Below the pieces are notes generated by a model. That model worked only from the letters and a program-made list of their open reading frames with translations, was not told the origin of the DNA and searched no databases. Positions 1 through 14,020 of a stretch of DNA of 64,000 nucleotides are shown here, piece by piece; the stretch's first letter is position 1, and each line of letters begins with the position of its first letter. The translations under genes were made by a program, and so were the position numbers. Source of the DNA: Antechinus flavipes (Eukaryota); NCBI RefSeq assembly GCF_016432865.1, contig NC_067398.1, positions 307,086,001-307,150,000 on the forward strand, written 5' to 3'.

Positions 1-176
1 TATTTTCTAAGATCATATCAAAATTAGATCTTGAAAATTCTCAAAAATGATTCAATATATTAAACAATTTGTCCACGTTTCTTTAAAAGTAACTTTTTTT
101 GCCTTCCTTCTTGTCTCATAATTCTATTATGAATTCTACTACAGGAGAAAACCACATGCAGCATGATTATCATAAA

Positions 177-197
177 ACACACACACACACACACACA
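177..197. repeat. (CA)n microsatellite
   Basis: acacacacacacacacacaca run. Confidence 0.9.
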
Positions 198-1329
198 GAT
201 ATATGCAATTTAAAAGACATTTACAATGAACCAATAGGAAATTTGAGCATGAAAAGCAATCTTATAATTTCTTCAGCTCTTACATATTCCATTCCCCTCC
301 ATCTGAATATCCAAACCAATCCTTGTAGGTGACCTAACTTTAGCCAAACACATGTATCAGATGGGAAAGCATCAACACATTATTCAATCCACCCAAGCTG
401 TCTGTTTGGGAGATGTTTCAGGACTGATTAATGACAGAAAGCAAAGAGGAAAGCACAGGCCCTTGCTGTCAAGGTCAACTGTACAAGTAGACAGAACCCT
501 GAATCCTGGGGAAGTTGCCAAACATAAAGTCAGGCTCCAGTCTTCAAGCTTTGGCTACTGTGTTGTCATTCACCACTCTAACTTCCAGGAAACCCTACAC
601 ACAAGATGTAGAGGCATATGGTGTCTTCCTACTAACTTAGTGTAAATGAGGGCTCTAATTTAAGCTCTAAACCCTTTAGAGTCCATTGCCAGCAAGATAA
701 AATACTTAATGACATGCTATTCTGAGTACCATATTTTATACAGTATGTCAGGCAGTCCGTGGTTCAATGATTTTGAATGTGGGGCCAACAATTACTAAAT
801 CAATCCATATCTTTCAGATTAAAATCAGCCTTTGGGGATGGGGAATGGACATTGTTGTATATGGACATGTATGTTCCCTGATAACTACTAAAATTTCTAC
901 AAAGTTCCTAAATGAATGGGTCTATTTTTCCTACCCTGAGGAACTCAACGTAATAGGATAAAATACTGGATGATCTAGAAGCATTGAATATCAGAAATGG
1001 AAGGAGCTGCAGAGATGCTTCAGTGTAATCCATAATTGAAGGATACCTTCTACAAGATCACTGATAAGTGGCCATCCAGCTTTTGCCTTAATCTATGGGT
1101 ATGGTATGGGGGCCAATTACTTCATGAGGCAACCAATTCTACTTCTGGAACACTCAATACATCATGATCAATAGTCTTCTTGATTCACTAACAGGCCAAA
1201 TGTTAGATGACTCCTTTTCAGGTATGTCATACTGAGGATTCCTTTTTTTTTCTTGGATAGAGGTCAGACTAGGTGACTTCTAGATAAATTTGAACTCTAA
1301 AATTCTGTGTCCTGTGGCATTAATGACTA

Positions 1330-1530
1330 GACATGGATTTGGATCCAGATAATGCCACTTATTAGTTGTGTGACCTCAAACAACTCATTTCATCTCTGTG
1401 AGCATCAGTTCTCCAGTCTATGAAATAGGAATAATGATGTTTCCATTTCATACTTTACAAAGTTGTTGCAAGGATAAAATGGGGGAAATATGGAAAGTAC
1501 CTCAGAAACATATGTAAATATTAGCTACTA
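1330..1530 (+). mobile_element. MIR-type CORE-SINE, degraded
   Basis: Core-like 'tgtgtgacctcaaacaactcatttcatctctgtgagcatcagttctccagtctatgaaataggaataatg'. Confidence 0.7.
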
Positions 1531-2299
1531 TTAAACTGGAAAATGCACTGACTGAATAGCATCTCCATATGAAGTGCCATCATAATGACTGAATTATTTC
1601 ATGTGCCTTTGAACTGGAAGAAATCTCAGAGATTATATAGTCTACCCCACTCTTATTTTACAGTTAGGGAAACTGATTTACTGAGAAGAGATGTTAAATA
1701 GTATAGTAAGGATTCAAATTCAATACTTCATATTCCTATATTGTATAGCTTCTCACTCAATTATCTTCACACATATAGCATTTTAAAGTAGAAGTCTCAT
1801 ACAACAAACTCACACAGATGTATGTGGCAGAAAATTAGATTTAAAACAGGCCTTCTGACTCCACATCCAGTACTCATTCCACTAGATTATAATTTTTTAT
1901 ATCATCAACAATGTTTTTTGACAAACCAACATTTATAGATTGATTTGAGGTTTTCAAAATGCTTTACATAAATTATTCCACTTGATTCTCACAATAAACT
2001 CAATAAATTTTACAGATGATGAAACTGAGTCTGAGAAGTTATAGACTTGAGTGAAGTTATATAACTAGTAAGTGTCTGAGGCAGGATTCAAACAGTCTGT
2101 AAAACTCATTTGAACCCAATTTGATCCATATTTTTGATGCTTTACTTTCTTCCACGTTTAACAATCTAGTAACTCTGTCTATTACTCTACTGAAAATACA
2201 GTACTTTAATCTCCTGTTTTCATGTATGTTTGCTTTGGCCGTCTCTCATACTGGAATTCTCTGAAGCTAAATTTCTTCTTTAAATTTCCTTGACTTATG

Positions 2300-2530
2300 G
2301 AAAGTATTATCACTTCTTCCAGGTGCTAATGCCTCCCTCTCTCAGATTGCTTGCCAATTTGTCTGTATCTACCATATATGTGCCTAGTTATTTATATGTT
2401 GTTTCAGATGAAAAAAAGTGTAAGCTTCTTGGAAGCAGGGACTGTTTTTGTCTTCCTTTGTATTCCTAAAGAGCTTAGTACAGTGCTTAGAACAAAGCAA
2501 GTGTTTAATAAATGCTTGTTGACTTACTAA
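2300..2530 (-). mobile_element. L2 LINE 3' end
   Basis: 'tgtaagcttcttggaagcagggactgtttttgtcttcctttgtattcc...cttagtacagtgc...aataaatgcttgttgact' matches the L2 3' terminus in antisense. Confidence 0.75.
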
Positions 2531-3478
2531 ATTTCAGCATCAGTGTGTAATACATGTTGGCTTTTTAATAATAGTTATTCAAAGCTTCATAATACCAATC
2601 AGACAGCTGTTGGTAAACAAAATGATAGCACAAGAACAGATGGGAGACAAAAAGTCTCTGTGTATTAGAGAGCTTTACTTTGTTTTGCAGAAATCTTCTA
2701 AAACCATTGAGGAGAAACGGGACTCTCTTTTTCCTTGGTCACAGTCAACAATCTTCCAAGCTGATTTCATCATATCTTATATACAGTACATTACTTGAAA
2801 CTTTACCACCCCTCCTATTCCACAAGGCAACACAATGCAATGCACTGATGTCTGAATTTTTAATCAGGAAAAGCTGAGTTCAGGTATTGCATTTGATGCA
2901 TGTTTTTTCATGATCACGAGCAAGTTTGAATCCTTCAAATAATTCTCTAAGTCTAAGGTGCAGATGATTGTAAGCAGAAGGACTTTTAATACCAGGAATT
3001 CCCTGGTATAAATGAATTTTCAGATAAATATTTTAAAAATATTTTTCCACTTTACCCCAGCCCTGCTTTCTCTGTTAGTATAAAGCATCCTTAGATTACC
3101 AAAGTAAAAATAAAATGATTTCTCAAATCATTTGATCATTAAAAAATGTCAAGATGGGCATATTCCATTGTACCTTTAAGATATAGCTTGATGCCAAAAT
3201 ATTTCAGAAAAAAATTAAATTGATATCTTTTGTTATTACTGAACTATTTGTACCAGTAATCACATTACTGGCATTATAGATACAGCCTATCTCATAAGGA
3301 TTTGCATTTTATAAAACAGACACAATGCAAGAGATGACATTACTAGGTTAGCCATTAATTTTCCCCTTCTCTACATCTTTACTTCCCAATTCCCCCAACT
3401 CTTTCCTGCTATTTGGGCAAATCAGTGCTGAGACTTCTTTGCTCTCAGTTTTATCTAGCACTTAATTTTAAAAACTGG

Positions 3479-3519
<41 letters not shown>

Positions 3520-3541
3520 GTATACATACACACACACACAC
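3479..3541. repeat. (TA)n then (CA)n microsatellite
   Basis: Direct dinucleotide runs. Confidence 0.9.
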
Positions 3542-3914
3542 ATATATAACTAGAAAACAAAAAAAAACTAGAATGAAAATCAAAAGGATATATAGGCATA
3601 TATACATATATGTATATGTATAATTATATGCAAGGATATCTACATGTACATACTTAATTTATCTGTTGGAGGTAAAGATTTCTCAGATGTTATAAACTGC
3701 TCCACTTTTTCAAAAAAGTAGACAGAGAAATCATGGTAAGTTTATGCAATTGACTTCAGTAAGGCAGTCTATTTATTTTACTACCATTATATTGAGCTGA
3801 AGGCAATAATTGCCACTTAATTTTTCATAAAATCTTTGACTGTTTCTCAGTGTTATGGTGAAGATCAAGCACATGTGAAAGCTAGCTATTATATTTTCAT
3901 ATTAAAATTCTCTG

Positions 3915-4270
3915 AGAGGGCAAAAGGAAAGAAGAAAAATAAGAAAGGAAGGAGGAAGGTAAGAGTGTATTGAAGGAAAAAGAGGAAGAGGAAGAGAAGA
4001 CAGTAGAAAGAAAAGGAAGGAAGAAGAGAGGAAGGGAGGGAGAAAGGAAAAGAAGGAAGAAGAAAAGAAAGAAGGAAAGAAGAAGGAAGAGGCTGAAGGA
4101 CAGAACAAGGCAGGAAATGAGAGGGGAAGGCAGACTGAGGGATAGGAAAGGAAGAGATAAAAGAAGAAAAAAAGAAGAGAGAAAGAGGAAGAATGGATGG
4201 AAGGTGAAAGAAAAAAACTTGGAGAATAAAAAAGATGGAAGACATAGAAAGAAAAAAAAAAAGGAGGAAA
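3915..4270. repeat. Long polypurine (GAA/GGAA-rich) low-complexity tract
   Basis: About 350 bp almost only A/G on the + strand; source of spurious K/E/R-rich and F/L/S-rich ORFs. Confidence 0.9.
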
Positions 4271-5697
4271 CCCACTACCATCCTACTAGATCCTGAGAAA
4301 TGAGTTAGTATCCTTTTGGGCATGTTGGGCAATTGAATTAACTTTTTGACTAGGAGAAGGACATAATGGTCTCTCCCCATACCCAATCCATCATACATAT
4401 AGGAGTTAAAATGTCCTTTCTCAAAAAGTGTCCCTTTTGGTATACTCTACTGGGCTCTTAAATACCCATCATTCCAGATGCAAAATCTTCAACTTTTCAC
4501 CTTTCTTTTCTATTGCACCATCCTGATCATTTCAGGAAATTTTTGGACAGGAAATTTTTATTCAATCAAACAAATCTTTTTCACTTGTTTTTTTTTTTAA
4601 TAATCCTCTTATACGTTGCTCATTTTTGCTCTAACCTTTGCATACATTTTTTTCGCCTAGAATTATCCATTTCATTTTGATTCCACTCCCATTTTTCTGT
4701 ACTTCAAATTCAACTCAATCTGTGCCTTATTTAGTAATTTTCCCCTTGTTGATTTGGCATGCTTTACATTTCATTTCCCAGCAAGATTTTATAATATGTA
4801 TGTATATGTATTTATACATAGGTATAGATACATTTATAAGAATCATGCATAATATTGACACTCATTTCTAGGTCTCTATGTAGATATACTCTTGAATTTT
4901 CAATGTTTGCACATGTTTTGTTTTACTGCCTTTATAGGCTATGCTCATGACACATTAATTTGCATTCACTTATGTGTTGCTTTCTGAAGTGAAGTATAAG
5001 AACAGAAAATATGAAAATAACTGATTCCTCAAATATTTATAAGCTCTCTAAAGTGAGTGGCTTCTTCAGGAGGCAGTATAGTAGGGGGAAAAAACTAATG
5101 GAGTTAGATAAAGAATCTAAGTTTAAAACTTGGCTCAGGCATTTTCTTACCTGTTCAAGACCATTCTCATTGGGTTTGAGCTTTTCCACCTAGATGATGT
5201 CTAAGATTCCATCCAAGTTTATAATTTGTGGTCCTTTTATATACCCTATATATTCCCAAAAGGTATATGGGAGGTGTGAAGGGCAGTTTGAACACAAAAA
5301 GTGCTTATTAAATGTTGCCTGAGTAACAAGCTTTGAAGAATGACCCTTCGGAATCTATTAGATACTAGTCATAGCATACCCAAAGATGAAAATAATTTAT
5401 ATTATTATTTCTATTGCATCAGTGGGTTCAGTGAACAATAACTATGACCTAGTTACAAGATATTAATGAAACTGAGTGGTTATAAATACATGATTACAAA
5501 ATCAAAACAAACCTCCTCCTTTGGGATATCTCCTCATTCAGTAGCTTAAAACAAACACCCATGGAAGTCAAAGGAAAAGCATTAGTAGAACAAAGGAAGG
5601 TCAAATTTAAGTCATAAATTATTAGTCCAGAAAAGCCCTCCAGGGTTTGAGTGTTCTTCTTTCTGCCTTTAGAAAAAAAAATAGAATATTCTAAAAT

Positions 5698-5700
<3 letters not shown>

Positions 5701-5755
<55 letters not shown>
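5701..5755. repeat. (TA)n microsatellite, about 27 units
   Basis: Uninterrupted atatat run. Confidence 0.95.
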
Positions 5756-5759
<4 letters not shown>

Positions 5760-6385
5760 CCATTTCTGCTAGATGGTTGATTTCTAATTTTTTTAAGATT
5801 TCAGAAACTAAAGAGTTTTAATTTCTACAGTTATTTCTTCTCATAGTTACTTATCATGTTATCCTAAAATAAATAGAAAATGAGGTCATTTCAACAAAAT
5901 AAATTTTATGACAGGAGCCAAAATTAAAGGCATTCTAAAAAATTGAACTGTCTCAGAAACAGATTATTTTCTCCCTCCCACCTTATTTTAGTGGATCTGT
6001 GATTTACAGATCACAACACCTTCTCATAATTTGATTCTTGTCCATTTATTCCATAAAGAATATATCCAACAAACTGAAGTCATAGATCAGAGTATCCTAG
6101 AAACAAAGTTGAGAGGGTCCTTAGAGGCCATCTAATCCATTTTTCTCATTTTGTAGAAAAGCATACTAAGGCCTAGGGAAGCCACATGATTTTTCTGAAA
6201 ATACAGAGATGGTAAGTACCAGAAGTAGAAGATTTTATTCTTGTCCTAATATCTCAGAATTTTAGGGCATAATTATGATATTACTATATGCAATTAAATA
6301 TGCTTTATGTCACTTATTATATACAAGTTATCATTGATCACATTATAAGTAAGAAAATGTACATTCAAAATTTAGTTTAAAGAAT

Positions 6386-6612
6386 TTGTTGTTATTCAAG
6401 ACATTCAACTTATCCCATTTGGAATTTTCTTGGCAAAGAAAACTGGAGTGGTTTGCCATTTCTTTTTCTAGTTCATTAAACAGATGAGAAAACTGAAATA
6501 AACGGGGTTAAATGACTTGCACAGGGTCACACAATTAGTAAGTAACTATCTGAGGCCAGATTTGAACTTGGTCTTACTGACTCAAGGCCCAGTGCTCTAT
6601 CCATTGGGCAAC
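6386..6612 (-). mobile_element. MAR1-type marsupial CORE-SINE
   Basis: 'cccatttggaattttcttggcaaagaaaactggagtggtttgccatttc' tail, CORE, and tRNA-like head 'gatttgaacttgg...gctctatcca' in antisense. Confidence 0.8.
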
Positions 6613-7329
6613 CTTGAACTTTTAGTTGCCCTTTGGGATTTTGTCAGAGGGACATTATTTTATCTGAAAAATGATTCCAGTAAAATATGTTAATATTATA
6701 GGGAAGCAAAGTGTAAGGATAATTAGGCATTTTTCTGCATTAAAATTATTAATAGGAGAATATACCAAAAATTGCTGTTAAGATCATTACTTGCAAATAT
6801 GTTTAAATAATTATAATACTGACATATTTTAATAATTATTTAAAGCAATTCTGCTTTCAAGCTCTTTTCAAAGTAGGGAGATTGATGATCAGAAATGTAA
6901 TGGTAGTAAGGTAACAAGAGTGAGGAATTACTGATCTCTCATGAGATCCTACAGCACTTAGTGTCCATAATACTTACTTGGCTATTAAAAGTCTTTGTGA
7001 GGAGGGACTGTTCTTCTTTTTTTTTTTTTTTTTGTATGCCTAGTTCCTGGCACACAGTGCATATTTAAAGAATGCTAATTTATTTATCTGACAACATAAT
7101 GCTGCCTTGATGTAATTTGTGTTACCTGAAATTCCCATATAATAGTATCCTACTTAATAATGTCTAACTAAGTAGCTATATGATGCTGGACAAGTAATTT
7201 AACTTAGCCTCAGTTTCCTCATCTGTAAAATGAGAATAAAAACACATATATAATGTATGCTAGTTATTATTCTTATTTTTTGTAGTGGTGGTAATGGCTA
7301 AACTCTCTTCCGAAAAGTCAATCAGAATA

Positions 7330-8110
7330 ATAGATTCTCCATTCAGCTGCTAATTCTAAAATCTATCTATCCCTAACCTCTCTCTTGACTCTTTAATTTC
7401 ACATCTCTAGCAATCTATTGATATCTCAAACTAGATACCACATTAACAACTTAATCTCAAACACATCTAAAGCCAAGTTCACTATTTTGCACCAAAAATT
7501 CTCTTCTCCCTAAACATCAACCTCCTAGTCATATAGACTTGCAAGAGAGCTGTCATCTTCAACTTTCTAACTCTCTCAACCCCCACATCCCATCTGTCTT
7601 GTTGATTTTTCTTCAATATCTTTCATATGTTTTCTTTTCCCTCTCTCTGTTACCACTCCAATTCTAATGCAGGCCTTCAAACCTAGAATACTGCTCCAAT
7701 TTGTTGGATGGTCTCCTTGCCTCACTATTCTCCCCACTTCAGTTCATCCTCCATTCAGCTATCAAAACGATCTTTCTAAAGCCCAGGAATGATCATGCTA
7801 CTCACCTATTTAATAAAATCCAGTGGTTCTCTGTTACCTTCAGGATAAGTATAAAATCCTCTGTCTTTTAAAGCCCTTCATGATCAAACCCCTTACTATT
7901 CTTCCAGTCTTCTTAGATCTTAATCCAAATCCCCTCATTCATATTCATGCTTTTTCAGGCACAAAATACTCTATCTCCCAATTCCATGAATTTTCACTGG
8001 CTATTCCCCATGCCTGGAATTCTCTCCTTTACCTCTGCTTCCTAGCTTCCTTCTTCTCCTTTATTTCCTTCAAATCGCAGTTTTCCCACCTCCCTCAGCC
8101 CACTCTTAAG
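7330..8110 (-). mobile_element. L2 LINE fragment
   Basis: Pyrimidine-rich L2 antisense motifs, e.g. 'aatccagtggttctctgttaccttcaggataagtataaaatcctctgtctttttaaagcccttcat' and 'ccccatgcctggaattctctcc'. Confidence 0.75.
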
Positions 8111-9073
8111 AGTACCCTCCTAAAATATAATGTGGTAAATATATAATTATAAAGTTATATATGTGGTAAATACACACATATATATAAATATTATATATGT
8201 ATGTATATATGTATATACATACTAGCTATTATTATTATTTAGTAGTAGCAGTGGTGGTGGTGGCGGTGGCAAAACATTCTTCCAATAAGGTAGGAAGATA
8301 AACAGTTGAAGTGTGATTCTACTCCTATCACTCTAAGTCTTCTCCAGAATAAACATTTCCAGTTTCTTAAATAATTGTCTTTTGGTGTGGTTTTGAATTT
8401 CTCACCAATCTGCATACCTGAATGTTTGTTTTTTTCACTTAGCTCTTCGTTTTTATATTATAACTCTAGCTAAATTATATTGTTTTTTTGGGGGGGATTG
8501 CATTTAGGAACTACATATCTCCTTCTTGTGACATTTGAAAACATTTGCTGGAACTTTGTATGAAAAATGCAGATTATTTTGACCTTTTGAGAATTAAATG
8601 TGGATTTAAATGTGCAAGTGCTTTGCAGATTCTAAATTCATCCACTTGTTAAAAAAAATATATATATTGACTTCCTAGCTGTGTGACCCTGGGCAAGTCA
8701 CTTAACCTCAATTGTCTCAGTAAATATATAGATATAGATATATAGAGAGATAATACAATTTTTATGATAATTATTAATTTTAAAAATCCTGATACTCTTC
8801 TTACTATTCTAAAAAGAAAATATTAGTCTATCTTCCCATTAAAACTGTTGAGTGCTTGGCATAGAATAATTCATGTAATTCTCATTTCTTTCACCTCAAG
8901 AGATACAGCAGAAAACTGGAAAAAGGCCAAAGAGTATAAAATAAAATCATAAACTAGCTACAAGTTATATCCTGAAGAAACCAGGAAAAAAAGTTAGAAC
9001 TTTGAAATAAGTTAATAAGTTGAGTAGTGAGAAAGAATATGGCCAAAATCTAAAAAACAAATGAAATATATGG

Positions 9074-9210
9074 NNNNNNNNNNNNNNNNNNNNNNNNNNN
9101 NNNNNNNNNNNNNNNNNNNNNNNNNNNNNNNNNNNNNNNNNNNNNNNNNNNNNNNNNNNNNNNNNNNNNNNNNNNNNNNNNNNNNNNNNNNNNNNNNNNN
9201 NNNNNNNNNN
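9074..9210. other. Assembly gap (137 N)
   Basis: Run of n. Confidence 1.
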
Positions 9211-9519
9211 CAGAATAAGGAGACACACTTCATTGCTTGAAAGAAATATTAAGAAAGTGCATACTGGGTGGCACCTTAAGGATTCATCTAGTCCATGTCC
9301 TGGTTTTATACAATGAATCAAATTAGATATAGTGGTTAAGATCATCCAACTAATAAGTCTTGAAGCCAGGACCTGAACCTAGATGTACTGACCCTGAGTT
9401 GATTACATAACACTAAACTAGTAAGCTCTTTTAGGACAAATAAAAGGCAACCCTGCTTTACACAATAATGAGAAAATATATGTAACTCATTATCCAAAAA
9501 GGTAGCATGAGCTAGAAAT

Positions 9520-9760
9520 AAAAATAAATTATATAAAAAGTTCTAAAAATGGTTATAACCCTTGATCTGATCATCCTACTACTGGGAAAGTTTAACAAGA
9601 AAATAATATACAAGGGAAAAAAAAAAAACTTGTTTGTATGGAGTAGTTTATAGTTGTGCCCATATAACAACAAATACCTAAAAATAATGCAAATGCTCCA
9701 TAGTTGGGAACTGACTAAATAGGTTATAATAAATATGATGCACCACTATACTTCCATATA
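9520..9760 (+). mobile_element. Old L1 ORF2 3' fragment
   Basis: 'acccttgatctgatcatcctactactggg' and 'aaatgctccatagttgggaactgactaaat' resemble the L1 ORF2 C-terminal region. Confidence 0.5.
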
Positions 9761-10385
9761 CAATACTTCACCAAATTTCACTACATAAAGATCATGGTGG
9801 GGGGAAAGAGGGAGAGAGAACTAGTGATAAGACAGAAACATTGATTAGAATGAAACAGAAAGTACATTTGTCCATTAATAGTGTTTAGATGCCAAAGAGT
9901 TACTTATTTCTTAACTATAAATATTTGAATGTTTCAGAGGTTAAATGACATGTCTATGATTGCCTAAATTAGTAAGCAAAAATAGAGAATTTGAATCCAT
10001 ATTTTAACTGATCTGAAGTTAGATCAGTTATAATAGAAGGTTATATTCTATTATATAGAGATCTCTCTCTATAGATAGATAGATAAAGTCCAGAGACTTT
10101 TCTATTATGCCATGCAGCTCTTTCTACATGTTGAAGCAGTTACTTAATGTATAAGAACATACCCACATTAAATTTATGATTTAATTTCCTTTATAAATCA
10201 TCCATTTTTTTGTTATTCAACTTAACAAATAATAACCAAATAAACATTTCTAAAGACTAAGAAGAAAAGAAAAAGAGGTTTACTAATGAAATAGATATCT
10301 ATTTTAATAATTTTCATTTTTTTCAAAATGCACAATAAATTAAATATGATTCTTTCTAAGCTGCCCCACTTACTTAAATCTCCAT

Positions 10386-10630
10386 TTGAATTTCCTTTTA
10401 TTCTTGTCTCTATATATTTTTAAATATTTAAATGTTTTTATCCTCTTTCTGTCTATCTTTCTATCTCTCTCTTTCTTCTGTTTCTCTGTGTATATCTGTC
10501 TATCTCTCTTCCCTCTTCTGTCGCTTTCTCTCTATCTCTCTCACCCCTCTTCTCTCTCAGCCTCCTCCTCCCTTCTTCCCCTCTCTTCCCTTCACACACA
10601 CACACCACCACCACCACAACCACCATTACT
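10386..10630. repeat. Pyrimidine-rich (CT/TCTA/CCA) low-complexity tract
   Basis: tctctc, ctatct and caccac runs. Confidence 0.8.
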
Positions 10631-11144
10631 AATATTCTTTTCTTAAGCTTTGATTTCAATAGCTTCAATTGGTAAAAATATTTTTTATGGTAGAGGTTGT
10701 GAGGTATCAATTAAGAGAAGAGCATTGTATTGACTAAAATTTTAAAAATATAAATTCTAGTAAAAAAATTCATTTACTAAGCATATAACATGCTACTATT
10801 GTGTGGAGGTACTTTGCTTCTTAGAGACAAAGGAATTAACATAAGCTTTTCTGGATTCTACAAAACTAGAAAGACCTGGAGAGCAGGCATAGAGAAAGAC
10901 TGAACTTTTTGTCTAAAAACTGACCTAGCATTATATGGAGAGGTTCATCACCAATAGTTTGATTGCTTAGCTAACACATTCTTTATTTCTTGCAAATTGT
11001 GAAGTAAAGGCAAATTTAAAAATTAACCTCAGATCTATGTATGTCCTTTGTCTCCAAGTGTTAGTGGAATCATAGTGGTAAAAGAGGGAAAAAAAGAATG
11101 CTAAACATCAGACAGTAGTTTTGTTTTGTTTTAATCATACATAA

Positions 11145-11571
11145 GCATGGTACAGCATAGCAATGAATATGTGATGATCAATTCTGACGGACATGACTCT
11201 TTTCAACAATGAGATGATCCAGGCCAATTCTAAAAGAATTGTGAGGAAGAGAGCCATCTGCATCCAAAGAGAGGACTATGGGGACTGAATGTGGAACACA
11301 ACATAGTATTTTCATCTTTTTGTTATTATTTGCTTGCTTTTTTTTTCTTTCTCATTCTCCCCTTTTTAATCTGATTTTTGTGCAGCAAGATAAATGTGAA
11401 AATATGTATAGAAGAAATACATATATTTAACATATATTGGATTGCTGCCTAGGGAAAGGAGAGAAGGGAAGGGAGAGGAAAAGGTTTGGAACACAAGGTT
11501 TTGCAAGGGTGAGTGCTGAAAATTATCTTTGCATGTATTTTGAAAATAAAAAGTTATAATTAAAAAAAAAA
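11145..11571 (+). mobile_element. Marsupial L1 3' end (3'UTR plus A-tail)
   Basis: 'gtgatgatcaattctgacggacatgactcttttcaacaatgagatgatccagg...agagccatctgcatccaaagagaggactatgggg'; AATAAA then A-run. Confidence 0.8.
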
Positions 11572-13159
11572 CATGTACAGAAAACAGCGTAGATTAGTTG
11601 GAGTCATAAAGATCTGAGTTCTGATCTTGCCTCAGATATTTATATAACCCATACCAAGTGACAAACTCCTTGGGCTGTGGTTTCTTCATATCTAAAATGA
11701 AGTAATTTGGGCTAGAGTTAATAAGGTATCTTCCAACTTTGAAATTTCAATCGAATTGAGCAATTACATATGCAGGAATCATATCAGATGTGACTATTAA
11801 CATATAGTAGACAAAATGGAACAAAGATCAGAGTCAATATTAATATTGAATGATATTAAGAAGACACTGTATACTAGGATGATAGTCTAAACTTGAACTA
11901 TTCAAGCAAGCTGATACCAAAAAGGATAAACAAATGAAAGACATTCATTGCCTCTGACAATCATGACAATTTTCTACAAAAATATAGCTGATTTTAAAGC
12001 AGTCAACATAACACAAAAGCTGAAAGAATCAGAAACTAACTTAGTGAGTGAATATTCATTTTTTCCATGAAATAGAGAAAAGGGAATCACATGCAACAAT
12101 GATTAAAATTAGAATGTATACTTATCTGTAAATGTGAAGTGTGGTGGGAAGATTATAAGCAATGTTGTCTCAGAAAAAGAGAGAAAACAATGAATGAAAG
12201 TGAAAACAAGTTTATAGAAAGTTTAGTGTTTTACTCAATTGAGTAGTCACTGTTTAAACTTTATTCATTGGTGAAACTGGCAGAAGAAAATTAAAGAGTT
12301 GAAATATAGAATTTGGTAACTTTTCTGTAACTTTCTATTTTCTTCAATGGCAACAATGAAATCATCAGATGAGGATTTCAGAACTTAGTGAATGAACAAA
12401 ACTGAAATAATAAAAAAGACAAATCAGAAAGAGTAGCTGTATTATTTTTAACTGCTTTTCTTTTTTCTTTCCTTTTTTTTTTTTTTTACAATTAATGGGT
12501 CTCTTTGTAGAAGAAGGAGAGTGATATATCTGAATATCAAAATGATATAAATGAAAGCATTATACATTTTTTTTCACAAATGGCTATGTTAAGTCCAGTG
12601 AGGAAATCCATGATGGCAGGGAAAGCATTTTACAGGAATTAAGGGGTTTTATTACACATTTTACAAGATAGCTATCATTGTCTCCCAGCCTCCCTCCTCC
12701 CCCCAGACTTATTTTCAGTGAACTTTTTGGTGCTGTTCATTAGAATATGAATTCCTTGAGGGAACAAATCATCTTTCTACTTGTATGTGTATTCTAAGTG
12801 CTCAGCACAGTGCCTAACGCCATAGTAAGTGCTTAATAATGCTGATAATAATGTTTAACGGTGTTTTACTTACTTTTCAACTGTGGAAGCTGAAGATTCA
12901 GATAGAGAGACAGGAAACGGTTGCTAAGACACAGAGCCTGATATCAAGGCATCAATGTGTCATTGGCTTGAAAAGGTCCAAAAATGACATCCACTCTGTT
13001 AATGTCTATCACTGGTCTTTAAGCTTTAACATATGAAATGGAATTCATACAAAGCAAATACCTATGTGCCATGAAAAGGGGATCATTAATGCATTAAATA
13101 TGAGTGTATTTCTGAAAAAACAAAACAAAACAAAAAACTGATAGCAAAGAACCTTCCTT

Positions 13160-14020
13160 TTACACCCCCATCCCATTCCCAAGACTCAGCATAGAGTTGC
13201 CTCACTAGGAGGTTCATTGCCTCAATGTTATCCTTATCTCACAATTTCTTATTTTAGATATCAGTTACCAGATTTTGCCATTTCAACCCCAACATCGTTC
13301 ATATCTGTTCATCTGTTCCTTTCTTCCAACTATCACTTTGGTTTAGGTCTCAATCGCTTTTTTCCTAGTCCATCACAATGACCTGCTAATTTATTTCCCT
13401 GATTCAAATCTCTCCTCACCCCAAGTCATTCTCCATAGAACTCCCAAAGTGATTTTCTTTTACAAACAAATTATCCCCTCCATTAGAAAACTGGAAGAAG
13501 TCTATATTGCTTCTAGGCACTTGCTTGATTTTGAAAGATCTTTTACAACCTGGCCCCAACTCACCTTTCATTCAGCTCCTTCCTATATCCTAGGTTTCAG
13601 CCAAACTGACCTCATACATGTGACTCAACCTTACACGTTACTACATCTCCCATCTCTGCCTTTGTACTAACCATCTCCCATAGCTGCAGTGTAACCTTTC
13701 CTCACTTACCCATTATGAAACTCTATATTTAGAAATGCTAACTATTAATATTTTTATATCTCCTTCAAGACTCAGCTCAGGAATCACTTTCTACATTAAA
13801 CCTTCACTGATGCTCATAATTAAAACTGCCTTTCCTCTTTAAAATCATTCCTATCTATTCTCAAAATTTATTCTATATATGTTATTCCCTATGTATAAAG
13901 TTGTCTCCTCAATAATATCTAAGCTCCATGAGAGCAAGGACTGTCTCATTTTAAACTCTCTATTCCTAGCACCTAGTAGAGTGCCTGACATATAATAACT
14001 GTTTAGCAAATGTTTATCAG
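13160..14020 (-). mobile_element. L2 LINE fragment including the 3' end
   Basis: L2 antisense motifs ending 'aagctccatgagagcaaggactgtctcatttt...cctagcacctagtagagtgcctgacatataata'. Confidence 0.75.

Noticed and set aside
352-645. 97-aa ATG ORF in unique sequence
   Set aside because: No recognisable domain or splice context; length is compatible with chance
2691-2883. Exon-like segment (strong acceptor ttttgcag, donor cag|gtattg)
   Set aside because: All frames stop before the donor; peptides unrecognised
2990-3012. Short palindromes/hairpins (also about 14277-14294 and 32711-32730)
   Set aside because: Stems of 7-8 bp are expected by chance in 64 kb of AT-rich DNA
3889-4398. 169-aa, 108-aa and 68-aa ORFs (F/L/S-rich or K/E/R-rich)
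   Set aside because: Translations of the polypurine tract; low complexity suppresses stop codons
8965-9345. ORFs spanning N-runs (also 28959-29220 and 47102-47486)
   Set aside because: Open only because of assembly gaps
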